DNA of 64,000 nucleotides from Octopus sinensis. Lineage: Eukaryota. The notes below the pieces were generated by a model. It searched no databases. It was not told where the DNA came from and saw nothing but the letters and a program-made list of their open reading frames with translations. The position numbers and the translations under genes are program-made. The stretch spans positions 71,486,001 through 71,550,000 of the forward strand of contig NC_043007.1 of NCBI RefSeq assembly GCF_006345805.1. Reading direction: 5' to 3'. Positions 11,114 through 22,215 of this stretch are shown piece after piece (position 1 is the stretch's first letter; every line of letters begins with the position of its first letter).

Positions 11114-11640
11114 AATAATAATGAAATTATTGTATACAGTGCTCAGGTGCACTACAACTTGTCAAAAGTGCATATAAAGCATATGCAGTAATATACAAAT
11201 GTCTGGGATGTGAACAGTGTATGAGTCAGATACATGCTTGTGTGTGTATGGAGGGGAGAAAATCAGGTGTAGTGTTGGCGAATCTCAGGAATCATGGAAG
11301 TTTTGAAGGATGCAGTGCTCCAACAATTAACAACTGATGCTGGCAGTTTGTTCCATACTTCAGCAACTCTTAGCATGAAAAAATGTTTCCAAAAGTCATG
11401 GGAGCTGTGCTATTTTCTGACTTTGTAAACATGTCCTCGGGTGTTAGACAGGTGGAGTTTGAAAAGGTGTTCAGAGTTATTGTTAGTAAGATGGTTATGA
11501 TTTTATGGGTGTCTGCCAAGTTAGCTGCCAGACGTCGGAGTGTCAATGTATTTATGCCCAGGGAAGTAAGGTGTTCAGAATATGGCAAATGCCTGATGGA
11601 GGGTATTCTCTTGGTTGCACATTCTAAAAATTTTTTTAAT
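11111..11640 (-). mobile_element. CR1/L2-group LINE 3' end with (ATT)n tail
   Basis: ATKRIPSIRHLPYSE.L..LG..TL.LRRLAA.L...HKII C-terminus; tail ...gcactgtatacaataatttcattattatt shared with 24200 and 26640 copies. Confidence 0.85.
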
Positions 11641-12017
11641 GTTTCCCATATTCCCAAGCAAAATCCTCACGAAAAAATTATCCAATATAAGTTCACAATT
11701 CTTCATACACACACATAAAAAATATATATTTGTATACAAGCAAGTTGGAAGAACCCTTTCTTTCATAATCCTTTTTAATTTTTTCTTTCATTTCTTTTTT
11801 TTAAATTTAATTTTTTAATTTTTTAAAAACATATTTGTTTTTCTTTATACATGAATATACACACTTGTTTATAATACCCCACTTTCACATATATCCAGGG
11901 GCCTAAAATAATACATCATAAGATCCCCATGTTTGAAAGAGAACTGAACAAATATTTATAAACACACCCCCCACAAACTCTATTTCCATAAAACACAAAA
12001 GTGAAAATCTCAATATA

Positions 12018-12582
12018 TTGGGTTGTCCGGAAAGTTTGTGCCGATTTTTAAAGGAAAGAAAAAGGTCAATAAATACTTCCCATTACATTTTTAATCAACC
12101 AAATATGAACCATTTTGTTGCATAATGCGTCTCCATCTTTCCTTTAACTTGAAAATATCCTCTTCCCAGAATTGAGGTGGTTTCATGGCAAACAATTCAT
12201 CAAGGTATCTTTTTACGTCATCCAAAGAATTGAAATTTTTACCATTTAGACTATTCTGTAGAGACCTGAATAAGTGGAGATCTGAAGGAGCAATATCTTG
12301 TGAATATGGAGGGTTGGGTAACACATCCCAGCCAAGCTGCAGCAATTTTTGTCTGGTTTCTAAAGCATCAAGTGCCGAAAATGAACTTTCTTATCTTCCA
12401 TTTTAAAGGGTTACAGAATTAACACAGGTTACAGGAACATAAACCTTCTTCCATGAAAAGATAGCTTAAACTGTGCTCTAAATGGATGTGTAGTCAAATC
12501 CTATTTTATGGATTCACCATGTTCTAAAATAAGTCGAAATGTAAGCTACTATAAATTGGCATGAACTTTCCGGACAACCCAA
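12018..12582 (-). mobile_element. Internally deleted mariner element with both TIRs and TA target duplication
   Basis: TA|TTGGGTTGTCCGGAAAGTT ... AACTTTCCGGACAACCCAA|TA; transposase C-terminus LGWDVLPNPPYSQDIAPSDLHLFRSLQN. Confidence 0.92.
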
Positions 12583-13061
12583 TACTTATCAAATCACATA
12601 TAGTTCAATGAACACCTAAAGAGAAACATACACACCAATAACCTCTATACCTAACCAAATACTTTTGTGAACATCAAAGCACAGGAGAAACAATTTTTTA
12701 TACTAACAACACCATGACATGCCTGACTAATAGCCACCACCTCCCAAATAGAAATAAAAAATACCCTAAATAACAACAAGTAAAGAAACTGACCAGTTAA
12801 GACATACCATTTACTTACATTCTTTTGTGAACCCCTAAAAAGTTCCATTACAAAAATGTTGGCAAACTTAGTTATTAATGTTTTAAATACTGGGCTTTGT
12901 ACCTTTAGCTTTACATTGTCAAAGCAAGGGATTAAATCCTATAAAATGACTGACACATCCTGTGTCTGTCAAACAAAAAGGCCACACTTAAACATACATA
13001 TTTGTTTACAAAGTTCTACATATATGAATAAATTCTAAACAACATAACCCCCAATTTTTTT

Positions 13062-13308
13062 TTGTATGCGCCCTTTTCAAGCCTAGCCAGGCTCATGGGC
13101 CCGGTTTCCCGGTTTCTGTGGCATATGTGCCCCCCCCCAGCTGGACGGGATGCCAGTCCATCGCAGCATTACTGAAGAAACAGGAAGGAAGAGTGAGAGA
13201 ACAACAGGGGTCGCCACCACCCCCTGCCAGAGCCTCATGGAGCTTTAGGTATTTTCGCTCAATAAACTCACACAACGCCCAGTCTGGGAATCAAAACCAT
13301 GATCCTCC
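13062..13308 (-). mobile_element. tRNA-derived SINE, family D
   Basis: ctggacgggatgcc.gtcc.tcgcag core shared with 41409-41717. Confidence 0.7.
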
Positions 13309-13559
13309 TGGTTTTAAAAAAAGTACTGGGATCAATTCATTTGACTAAAAATTCTTCATGGCTGCATTCTAATGACTGAAACAAATAAAAAGATATATAT
13401 ATATATAGTAGAAATATGTTACAAAAAGAAAATATAAAATACACATGGAAATGTAAGGGGAAAATATGAAAAATCAACGAAAATGCACATTGTAACTAAA
13501 AAAAGAAAAGGCCTTTTATGAAAGGTAACGACAGATATATACATTTAGATGGACTGAGG

Positions 13560-15520
13560 TAGTAATAAAAGTCATTATTATGAGATGATTAAAAAGTCAG
13601 AAAACAAAGCATACCATGGTTTCTGCAAAGCTATTCATTGTTAGTGGTTTTAATTGAAGGGTTAGTGGTTTTCTGTATTAAGTTGTGTGTTCATATTTAG
13701 TTGGGGGAGATATTTATTGATGAAAATGCCTCTTTATTCAACCTTTGTTGCAATGTTCTGTGAACATTGATAGAAGGGGAAGATTTGGAAATTAGGATTA
13801 AGATTCCTGGCACACCTTTCTATGTGTTCACTAACCTGTAACTGTCTGTATTGTGGGTAGCAGATTTGCTCTTTGTGAATGGTGGTTCTTTGACGGAGTG
13901 AAATTCCTGTTTGTCCAATATAACAGTTACCACATCCTAAGCATGTCATGACATAGATTAGATTTTCAGAGGCGCAGGTGAATTTTGATTTGATCTTAAA
14001 TATATCTCCTTGTTTGAAGTGAAATTCTGAACCCTCCAAAAGGTGGGGGCATGTTCCACAGTTAGTACGACCACATTTTTTCACTTTTGGCTCTGTTGTT
14101 AGTGGATATAGTCTTGTGCTGGTTAATATTTTTTTCGGTGACTTCGGTTGCTTTTTGCTTTTTATAATTTTGTATGAGCTTAAAATTTCATTCATTGTTT
14201 TGTTTGCTGTGAGGATGGGAAGATTTTGGGTGATTATGTTGAAGGCTTCGTTGTTTGTAGGGTTATGTGTGGAAATGTATGGGAGTATTTTTAAGTCTGG
14301 TTTGGTATTTCGGCTGGTTTGCCTTAACATTTGTATATCTATTTCCTTAGCTCTTTTAATGCCTTCATTTATTAATGAGATTGGGTAATGTCTTTTAGTT
14401 AGTGTTGATCTAAGTTCAAGAAGTCTTTGTTCATGAGTATATGTATTCAAAACTATGGTACAGATTCTTTTCGCTAGATTAAAGGGTATATTAATTTTTA
14501 TGTGTTTGGGGTGGCAAGAGTTAAATAATAGGTATTGTTTAGAATCTGTGGGTTTATAAAAGATATCTGTTTCTATGTGGTTGTTAACTATTTTAATTAA
14601 GATGTCTAGAAAAGGGAATTGTTTACTGTTGTGTTCCATAGTGAATTGTATATTGCTATGTATGTTGTTAAGCATTATTTTGAAATCAAGGAGTTTATCC
14701 ATACTGTCTTTCCAAAGTATGAAGCAGTCATCCAAATATCTCTTCCAGTTCTCCTTTAAATAGCAATTAAAAGAGGTGCCATATTTTTCTAGTATGATTG
14801 TTATAACTTGAATTCTAGGTAACCCATTACAAGGTTTGCAATCACTGGAGCAGCTCTGGTTCCCATTGCAATTCCACATTTTTGTTGATAGTAAGTTGTA
14901 TTGAACATGAAATAATTGTTCAGCAGGATGAATTTGAGTGCTTCAATTATAAAACTGCGGTATCTCTTCTGGGTATTTTTCTAGCCAGAATGTGATTGCT
15001 TCTATACCATAGTTGTATGGGATATTGGTGTATAGATTCACCACATTGAAAGATACCAGCAGGGTTCCTTCCTTTACTGTCTTCGGAAGGTGGTTCAGCA
15101 TGTCTAGGTCATCCCTGATAAAGCTTTTCACATATTTTAAAAAAGGTTTGAGTAATATGTCGAGGAAGTTGCTCAAACGGTGGGTTTCACAAGAAGGGCC
15201 AGCTATGATGGGTCTCAGTTTGAGGTCAGTAGGTGGGGGGAGGGACATTAATGCATAGGCTTGTAGAGACTTTGCAGGCTTCACAAATGTGTGGATTTTT
15301 ATGTATTTTGGGTAATCCGTAGAATAGACTAGGACTGTATTTAAAATTGGATAAATAGTCTATTTCATGTTTAGTGAGACCCTTTCCTTGAATTTGGAGT
15401 AAGGAGGATAAGTTTTTCAGTGTTTTCTGTGGGTTGTAATGTATCAATTTCTCATAGTAAGTATTATTTTCCAACTTGGAAAGTATTAAATTTTTGTAGT
15501 ACTCTGTATCCATCGAAGCA
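13560..15520 (-). mobile_element. Near full-length Penelope/Poseidon-type retroelement (RT + GIY-YIG endonuclease), frameshifted
   Basis: LRPIIAGP, SFNVVNLYTNIP, GIAMGTRAAP (shifted frame), WKRYLDDCFILW, PFLDI, NLIYVMTCLGCGNCYIGQTG. Confidence 0.95.
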
Positions 15521-15600
15521 CCAAGTCAGTCCAGTATTATTCACACAGCTCGAAGTAAGGTGAATAAAATCAAAATAAGTAACAGGATATCAAGGAGTGA

Positions 15601-15686
15601 TGCAGTACAACCGTTTCAAGCAGCTACATTTAATTAAACAATGCAGTCCTTACACAAATTTAAATGCAGGGCTATCATCAGCTGCA
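15601..15686 (-). ncRNA. Type I hammerhead ribozyme upstream of the Penelope ORF
   Basis: UGCAG-CUGAUGA-[stem II]-GAAAC-GGUU-GUA-CUGCA: 5-bp stem I, both core boxes, minimal stem III, and a 10-bp extension CUGCAUUUAA/UUAAAUGUAG in stem II; first stem-II pair is U-U rather than G-C. Confidence 0.75.
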
Positions 15687-16060
15687 CAAATGAACAGAAT
15701 TTTAATCAGCCAGACTCATTAATAAAATTTTACTCAAGTAATTTAACAGAGAATGAAGATGGGATAAATCCATGTTGTTACTATTGTAGCTAAGAATATA
15801 CTACACTTCCAAGAAATGCATGAACCTTACTGGGGTCATAAAATATTGTGGTTCCTTTTTAATTTATTAGTCTTCTTATCAACTACTAAATCTAAGACTA
15901 AAGGACTGTGTCTGTTTAGAATAAAGGGCAAAAGTGAGCTGACAGCTCATGGCTAGGTATGGTCATAAATATTGTCAAGATTTTAGGAGTAGTAAATTGG
16001 GTGTCTGTCTATAAAGGAGGCTGGTTATGGGAAAGACCCCCAAACCATGATGTTAATGAT

Positions 16061-16136
16061 TGCATTGTTTAATTAAACAGAGCCGCTTGAAACGGTCATA
16101 CTGCATCACTTCTTGATATCCTGTTGCTTATTTTGA

Positions 16137-16137
<1 letters not shown>
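16061..16137 (+). repeat. Inverted partial copy of the Penelope terminal repeat (3' half of the hammerhead)
   Basis: tgcattgtttaattaaa...gcttgaaacggtcatactgcatcacttcttgatatcctgtt is the reverse complement of ~15566-15644. Confidence 0.75.
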
Positions 16138-16139
<2 letters not shown>

Positions 16140-16217
<78 letters not shown>

Positions 16218-16232
16218 CGCATATATATATAT
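16140..16232. repeat. (TA)n microsatellite (other long TA tracts at ~3939, 20349, 20467, 30806, 59698)
   Basis: Direct reading. Confidence 0.95.
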
Positions 16233-16233
16233 A

Positions 16234-16615
16234 GGCGCAGGAGTGGCTGTGTGGTAAGTAGCTTGCTTACCAACCACATGGTTCCTGGTTCAGTCCCACT
16301 GCGTGGCACCTTGGGCAAGTGTCTTCTACTATAGCCCCGGGCCGACCAAAGCCTTGTGAGTGGATTTGATAGATGGAAACTGAAAGAAGCCCGTCGTATA
16401 TATGTATATATATGCGTGTGTGTGTTTGTGTGTCTGTGTTTGTCCCCTTAGCATTGCTTGACAACCGATGTGGGGTGTGTTTATGTCCCCGTTACTTAGT
16501 GGTTCGGCAAAAGAGACCTGGGCTTACAAAAGAATAAGTCCCGGGGTTGAGTTGCTCGATTAAAGGCGGTGCTCCAGCATGGCCGCAGTCAAATGACTGA
16601 AACTAGTAAAAGAGT
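16234..16615 (+). mobile_element. tRNA-derived SINE, family A (ggcgcaggagtggctgtgtggtaag head)
   Basis: A/B-box-like head, central (TA/TG)n tract, ggtgctccagcatggccgcagtcaaatgactgaaac tail; six copies in the window. Confidence 0.9.
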
Positions 16616-17039
16616 ATGTACATATATATATATAAATAGTTAATTTTATGTCTGGTCATAGAGTGGCCAACAGTTTTGCATCCACAAAGACCTCAGCCTT
16701 GTGAACCTCTTACTAGACTCTAAAGCCAAAGACAAATGTAACTCTTCACCTCTGGGAGGCAGAAATCCGTTAGGTCATTCAGTCAATTAGTCATCAAAGA
16801 ATAAATAGTCCTGAGTCAGTGAAGACAGGTTATCTCCCTTAGACGAATTTTTGTGGACTAAAAGAGGGGGAACAAAAGATATATCCCATGGGCTGCCTAT
16901 GGATTGTAAGGACCCTTTATTGTTCCCCACTCTTTAGGCCCACCAAAAACTGGTCAAAGGGAGATAACCCATCCTCACTTACCCCAAACCGTTTATTCTT
17001 TGATGACTTTGATTTTTTTTTTGTGGAACTAACATAAGT

Positions 17040-17505
17040 AAGATTGCCAAGTAACTTTCAAGACAAGACCCCTCAAATGAGTCAAGAGTCCATTTGAAAA
17101 GAGAGAAATGATGAGCATGATGATATGTCAGGGCATACTTCAAGATAGAAGAAAGTGAATATTAGGGAGAACAGGGACAGGGAATAGAGAATTGGTGACA
17201 GGGTAGGCTTGTGAGAGTGTGAAAGTAGAGTGGAGATGGTTAGCGATGGGGTTAGAGAGGAATACAGTGAGTGGTGAATATGTGCAGAAGTGCGGTTAAT
17301 GTTGAATCTCAATTTGGGGGGAACATAAAGGAAAATAGAAATGTATTCTTCAGCAGAATGAATTTGAGTGTTTCAATTATAAAACTGTGGTTAATGCGTC
17401 CTGGGATCTCTTCTGGATATTTTTCTTACCAGAATGTGATTGCTTCTATACCATAGTCGTGTGGGATATTGGTGTATAGATTCACCACATCGAAAGATAC
17501 CATGA
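17040..17505 (-). mobile_element. Second fragment of the same Penelope family (RT motif region plus terminal sequence)
   Basis: 17361-17500 closely matches 14930-15060 (SFDVVNLYTNIPHDYGIEAITFW). Confidence 0.75.
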
Positions 17506-17847
17506 GTGCTGGTGGAGAGCAACAGTATAATAAAACCATAGGTTGAGAAATAGAGAATTGATATAAAGAGAAAGGGGTAAGACAGGAATGCACTGTCACA
17601 GAGATGAAGGTCCAATGTTTGCAGGGTCAAATATAGTGAGTGAGAAACAAAGGTATTGGGTAGTCACTTTATACTGGGTATCAGATGAGTGTTCAGGGTG
17701 AAAAAAAGGGCAGTCAATAGAAAATAAAGTAGGTAGGGATTCTACAAAATGTTTCATGTAGAAATGTGTCATTTGTCATCATAAGAAAATATTAAGATAA
17801 TATACATGTAAATTTGAACAATGAAAAATTCTTTAAAATATACTTAC

Positions 17848-17896
17848 TGTCAAATAGGAGATGCCAAGAACAAAATATAATCAACAAATGCCTCCT
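17848..17896 (-). pseudogene. M4 protease paralogue exon 1 with start codon lost (ATG to AGG)
   Basis: (R)RHLLIIFCSWHLLFD + A|GTAAGT, aligned to exon 1 of copy 1 with one codon deletion; same phase-1 donor. Confidence 0.8.
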
Positions 17897-17970
17897 GATT
17901 GCATAATATTCACAAATATGTTCTTTCCCAAAAAACCAGATCAATTCTTAACCCAATACTTTCTGAGTTT

Positions 17971-17978
17971 TATTTATA
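17971..17978 (-). promoter_or_regulatory. TATA box of M4 paralogue
   Basis: TATAAATA at the position equivalent to 8091-8084. Confidence 0.5.
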
Positions 17979-18315
17979 TTGTCAGCATGACTACTATGAG
18001 GGCCACCCACTCTCTCAGTACCTTCATCAGTTCAGGGTGCAGTTTACAAACAGATGGGGACACCAAATACTTGTTTTCGTTACATATGTCGGTAATAGGC
18101 TCATTTAGTCCCCATTATTTCTAAATTGCTACTTGACATTTAAGGTGAAATAACGAGGTATTTGCTTATTTATTTATTCTTTCTCATTAATATTAATTGC
18201 TAAAGCTACAGAATCCTTTCAATAAATAGGTTACACCCCAAATGACTCAATACTATAATAGTAATAATCAGTATAGATCAAAATTTATGATAACTTATAC
18301 TCTCTCTCTCTCCCT

Positions 18316-18709
18316 TTTACTCTTTTACTTGTTTCAGTCATTTGACTGCGGCCATGCTGGAGCACTGCCTTTAATTGAGCAACTCGACCCCGGGACTTAT
18401 TCTTTTGTAAGCCCAGTACTTATTCTATCGTTCTCTTTTTGCCGAACTGCTAAGTTACGGGGACATAAACACACCAGCATCGGTTGTCAAGCAATGCTAG
18501 GGGGACAAACACACACACACAAACACACACACACATATATATAAATATATACGACGGGCTTCTTTCAGTTTCCTTCTACCAAATTCACTCACAAGGCTTT
18601 GGTTGGCCCGAGGCTATAGTATCAGACACTTGCCCAAGGTGCCATGCAGTGGGACTGAACCTGGAATCATGTGGTTGGTTAGCAAGCTACTTACCACACA
18701 ACCACTCCT
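18316..18709 (-). mobile_element. SINE family A inserted in duplicated M4 promoter B
   Basis: Reverse complement of 16234-16615; absent from duplicate A. Confidence 0.9.
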
Positions 18710-20336
18710 TCTTTACGTCTCTGTATTATTTTAGTTTCTGAAATAGTTTTCCACTCATTCTTTTTGTAAAATTCTCTCCAATCTCATAAATGTCTGAAAA
18801 CGTTTAAAAAAAACAACAAACTATCCAGTTGATCATAAAGCAGATACAGCATGTTTCTTTGCTTAAATTAATTATAACAAGCCAGGAAAATTGTCTTCTG
18901 ACCAAGGCAGTTTCAAAAATTTATTACATTTAAAATTTTTTCCAGTGACCAAGTATTTCTTTTATGAATCCTCTACAATTTAAATATTATAACTAAACTG
19001 TTACTACTTGTAAAACACATATTTGACTTAAGTCAGTTAACTGCATTCTTTAATTTGTGTTCCACATTTCAAGTTATTCAATGATTTTAAATGATAATTT
19101 TGGAACTGGCGCAAAGGAATAACAATGCTTCTCATTATTTGATAGGTTTTTTAATAAAGATGAACATACAAATTAACCATACTTCAAACAGTAACATTAT
19201 TGGGTTGGTTATGAAAAAAGACAAAAAATGGTTATTAAGGCATTATCAAATATGAAAAAAAAAAAACCTTAATAACCATTTTATGCCTTTAGACTTTGGC
19301 ATAAAGCCAACAGTACTTCATTATCTATGAAAATCTAGGAACTCAAGGATAGTAATAGTGAATTTTGCCTAAAATGGAATATAGTCCGTAGAGCTCAGCC
19401 ATGCAAAAATAACCGATATGGAAAGTGGTTTTTTTCACCTGGTACCATTTTCAGAGGCCTCTAAATATTATATTATACCTTGTACATTGTGAATATTCTT
19501 ATCTTGAATGGATCAGTCCTCAAATACAAGAAACCCAGTATATACAATTTGGCCTCATAAGGGACCCTTGAATGTTGATTTTTTTTTCCACCCATGAAAA
19601 GGTTCATATTTGAAAGGCCAATAACTTGAAAATGAAGGGAGATAGAGCAATTCTGATAGCAGATTCTGACAGGCTGGGTTTGGATTACTCGGAGTAATTT
19701 CAGTTAAATACTAAGATTAGTTTTAAAGATATTCAGCACCAAAATCTGTATAAATTAACATTTGCACTCCACAAGGGGCATAGCCCTCAAATTTTGGAGG
19801 AGCATATCTTTGAAAGCCTTAGAAATTGGTCCCTAAAATTATATATGTACTCCTTATGCATATAGAGATATTGTCAAAATAAATTTGAGCCAATTCTGAG
19901 TTGGTCATGAATATAGCTTTGGTTGAGTTCATATATACAAATACAAAGCATCAAAGTATAATTGCTATCTGTGTATTATACTAAATGTATACATGCCATT
20001 AGAGGCATGATGCTGTGGAATGTTTTATTCAGTTTACCTATGTAACAAGGCACAAATATCATTTAAGCAAGTGACAATAGATTGCACAGCATTGACAAAT
20101 TTAAGAGGGCTGAAATGCATCTGTCTTTGTGGATCACTGCAATTATGATATTTGTCTCACTTCAACATATATTGTGTTTTTAACACATCAAGCCTGTGAA
20201 GAGATTTTATCTCAGACAATTCCACACCATCATACCTTTTAATGGTGTATATACATTTACTATGATACAAAGATAGCATATGTGTACACACACACAAGTA
20301 TACATATATGTATGTATGTAAATGTGTGTGTGTGTG

Positions 20337-20399
<63 letters not shown>

Positions 20400-20457
20400 A
20401 TCATATATATAATCATATATATATACATACATACACACAGACACATGTATGTATATA

Positions 20458-20492
<35 letters not shown>

Positions 20493-20552
20493 GGAAAATA
20501 AGACAAGGTAGAAAATGCTAAAGTAATTTTAACATGAAGTACATTATATATA

Positions 20553-20588
<36 letters not shown>

Positions 20589-20604
20589 TGTATGTATGTT
20601 TACA

Positions 20605-21180
20605 TGCAGATTTGTGTTTTGTTTTATGTATGTATTCTCATGCATATACTTGCATTTCTAGACATGCTCATATATACTTAAATGATAACATTCTGGGAAG
20701 TTTTATAGACTTTTACAGTTCCAGTGATGGACTGGATCTGTAGTCTTTGAATCAGCTTTCTCCTTTCTGGTTTTGAGAAGCCTAATTTCTCAAGATTGGT
20801 ATTTAGGTAATGTGTTACATATCCCAATGCCCCAATAATTACAGGTTTAAATCTGAACTTGTAATCTGGATAGAGTAACTGCAGATTTCTCAATAGTTCA
20901 GTGTAAGTTTTCTCTTTTTCACAGATCTTCAGCTTTATGTTAACATTCACTGGGCAGCTTATTTCCACAACAGTACACAGTTTCTCTTTTCTATCCTAAA
21001 TCATTTTATCAGATCCATTGTGTTTACATTTTATTGAGGTTTTCACTGGGACACTCCACCAGTACTTTTGTTATTATGAGTGGCTATGGCTTACATCATT
21101 CTGTGGGTTCTTATTTCTTTGTCCTCAGGGTTATCCTTTCGATAGATCTCATTATACAGTATTCCAGTCATGTCATGTCT
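20605..21180 (-). mobile_element. R4/Dong-like (restriction-like endonuclease) LINE 3' fragment between two (TACA)n arrays
   Basis: YWW.VPVKTSIKCKHN.(P)D...VVEISCPVNVNIKLKICEK...VIIGALG: PD-(D/E)xK REL domain; (TATG)n at 20560-20600 and 21183-21345. Confidence 0.8.
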
Positions 21181-21182
21181 CA

Positions 21183-21345
21183 TGTATGTATGTATTTATG
21201 TATGTATGTATGTATGTATGTATGTATGTATGTATGTATGTATGTATGTATGTTTGTATGTATGTATGTATGTTTGTATGTATGTATGTATGTATGTATG
21301 TATGTATGTATGTATGTATGTATGTATGTATGTATGTATGTATGC
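21183..21345. repeat. (TATG)n microsatellite, ~160 bp
   Basis: Direct reading. Confidence 0.95.
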
Positions 21346-21349
21346 ATGC

Positions 21350-22215
21350 ATGTTATGTCAGGTCACTTCTGAGTGCTACTGGTAACATGTAACCCAGTAC
21401 AACCTGTTGCATGGTTGGGTCGTCGGCGACTAAACCGGCAACCCCATCAAGCTTGCTTGGTGAGGAGGGTGTTTATTGGACACCCTGTGGGATGAAAAAC
21501 AAAACCCATCAAAGGACGGAGGAACTGTTGAGAGTCAACGGCCATCCAATAAATGTCTTAAGGCTGTATCATGCGTGGGAACATAGAAATAATCGGACTG
21601 AATACCCGATCGTGCGGTTAAACCATTGGGAGTGAAGGACTCCTAGCCTTTGTTAGGGCATCCTTCTAGGAAAAGGTGACTCAGGTAACTGAGACAACTC
21701 CGACATAAAACCTGTGGCTCAGTGATTACCGATGATGTTGACTTGTTCTTTTTTTCGGATTATGGCTGCTGTTGCTTAGTGAGTGGGATTGACTCAGTGC
21801 ACAGCCTTTCCTCACTTTAAAAAATCTTCTTGCACAGGCATTGCACGATAACAACATTGATTAAGCTTCATGCAATGGCCATACTCGATAACGAGGGGGC
21901 AGCCACCATGCATGCATGTATGTCGCTACCTGAGCTAAAGAAACTTAAGGCAAGAAAGCAAGACGGAAAACAGACAAATCTCTTCAGAGAGATAACTTTG
22001 CTCAGCATATAGAAAAGGTGTTTGTAAAAACTCCATACAGTGTATCCAGTGCAAGCTATGGACACATAAGAGGTGCAGTGATATCACAGGAAGGTTAACA
22101 GAAATTAGTCTTTGTGTGTAGCAGATATGCAGATACAATAAGAATGTACAGAGAATAGACACCCTCAAATTGCCAGTGTTGATCTTTAGTAGACAGCTTC
22201 TGTTACTTAGGCAAC
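21350..22215 (+). mobile_element. RTE-clade LINE, 5' UTR and degenerate RT pieces
   Basis: RT region with Cys-rich insert (SIQCIQCKLWTHKRCS) and VDSFCYLG-like motif; related to 48700-49400 and 51130-52500. Confidence 0.65.

Larger units (their letters stand above)
17737..19203. repeat. Segmental duplicate B: paralogous M4 exon 1/promoter, interrupted by a SINE at ~18316-18709
   Basis: Colinear with 7846-8902 on both sides of the SINE. Confidence 0.9.

Noticed and set aside
3938-14879. Penelope ORFs at 3938 and 13734 sharing the ~9.8-kb offset of the M4 duplication
   Set aside because: The two RT fragments are too divergent to be products of the same duplication; offset treated as coincidence.
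17974-18027. Signal-peptide-looking mini ORF MKVLREWVALIVVMLTI-stop on the minus strand
   Set aside because: Stops inside the TATA box, has no donor, and the ATG is absent from duplicate A; the real exon 1 is 130 bp further downstream.
20157-21392. ORF-track proteins rich in YI/VC/HT/MYVC (also 16106, 27037-28089, 31733, 59511)
   Set aside because: Translations of TA/CA/TATG microsatellites and SINEs.
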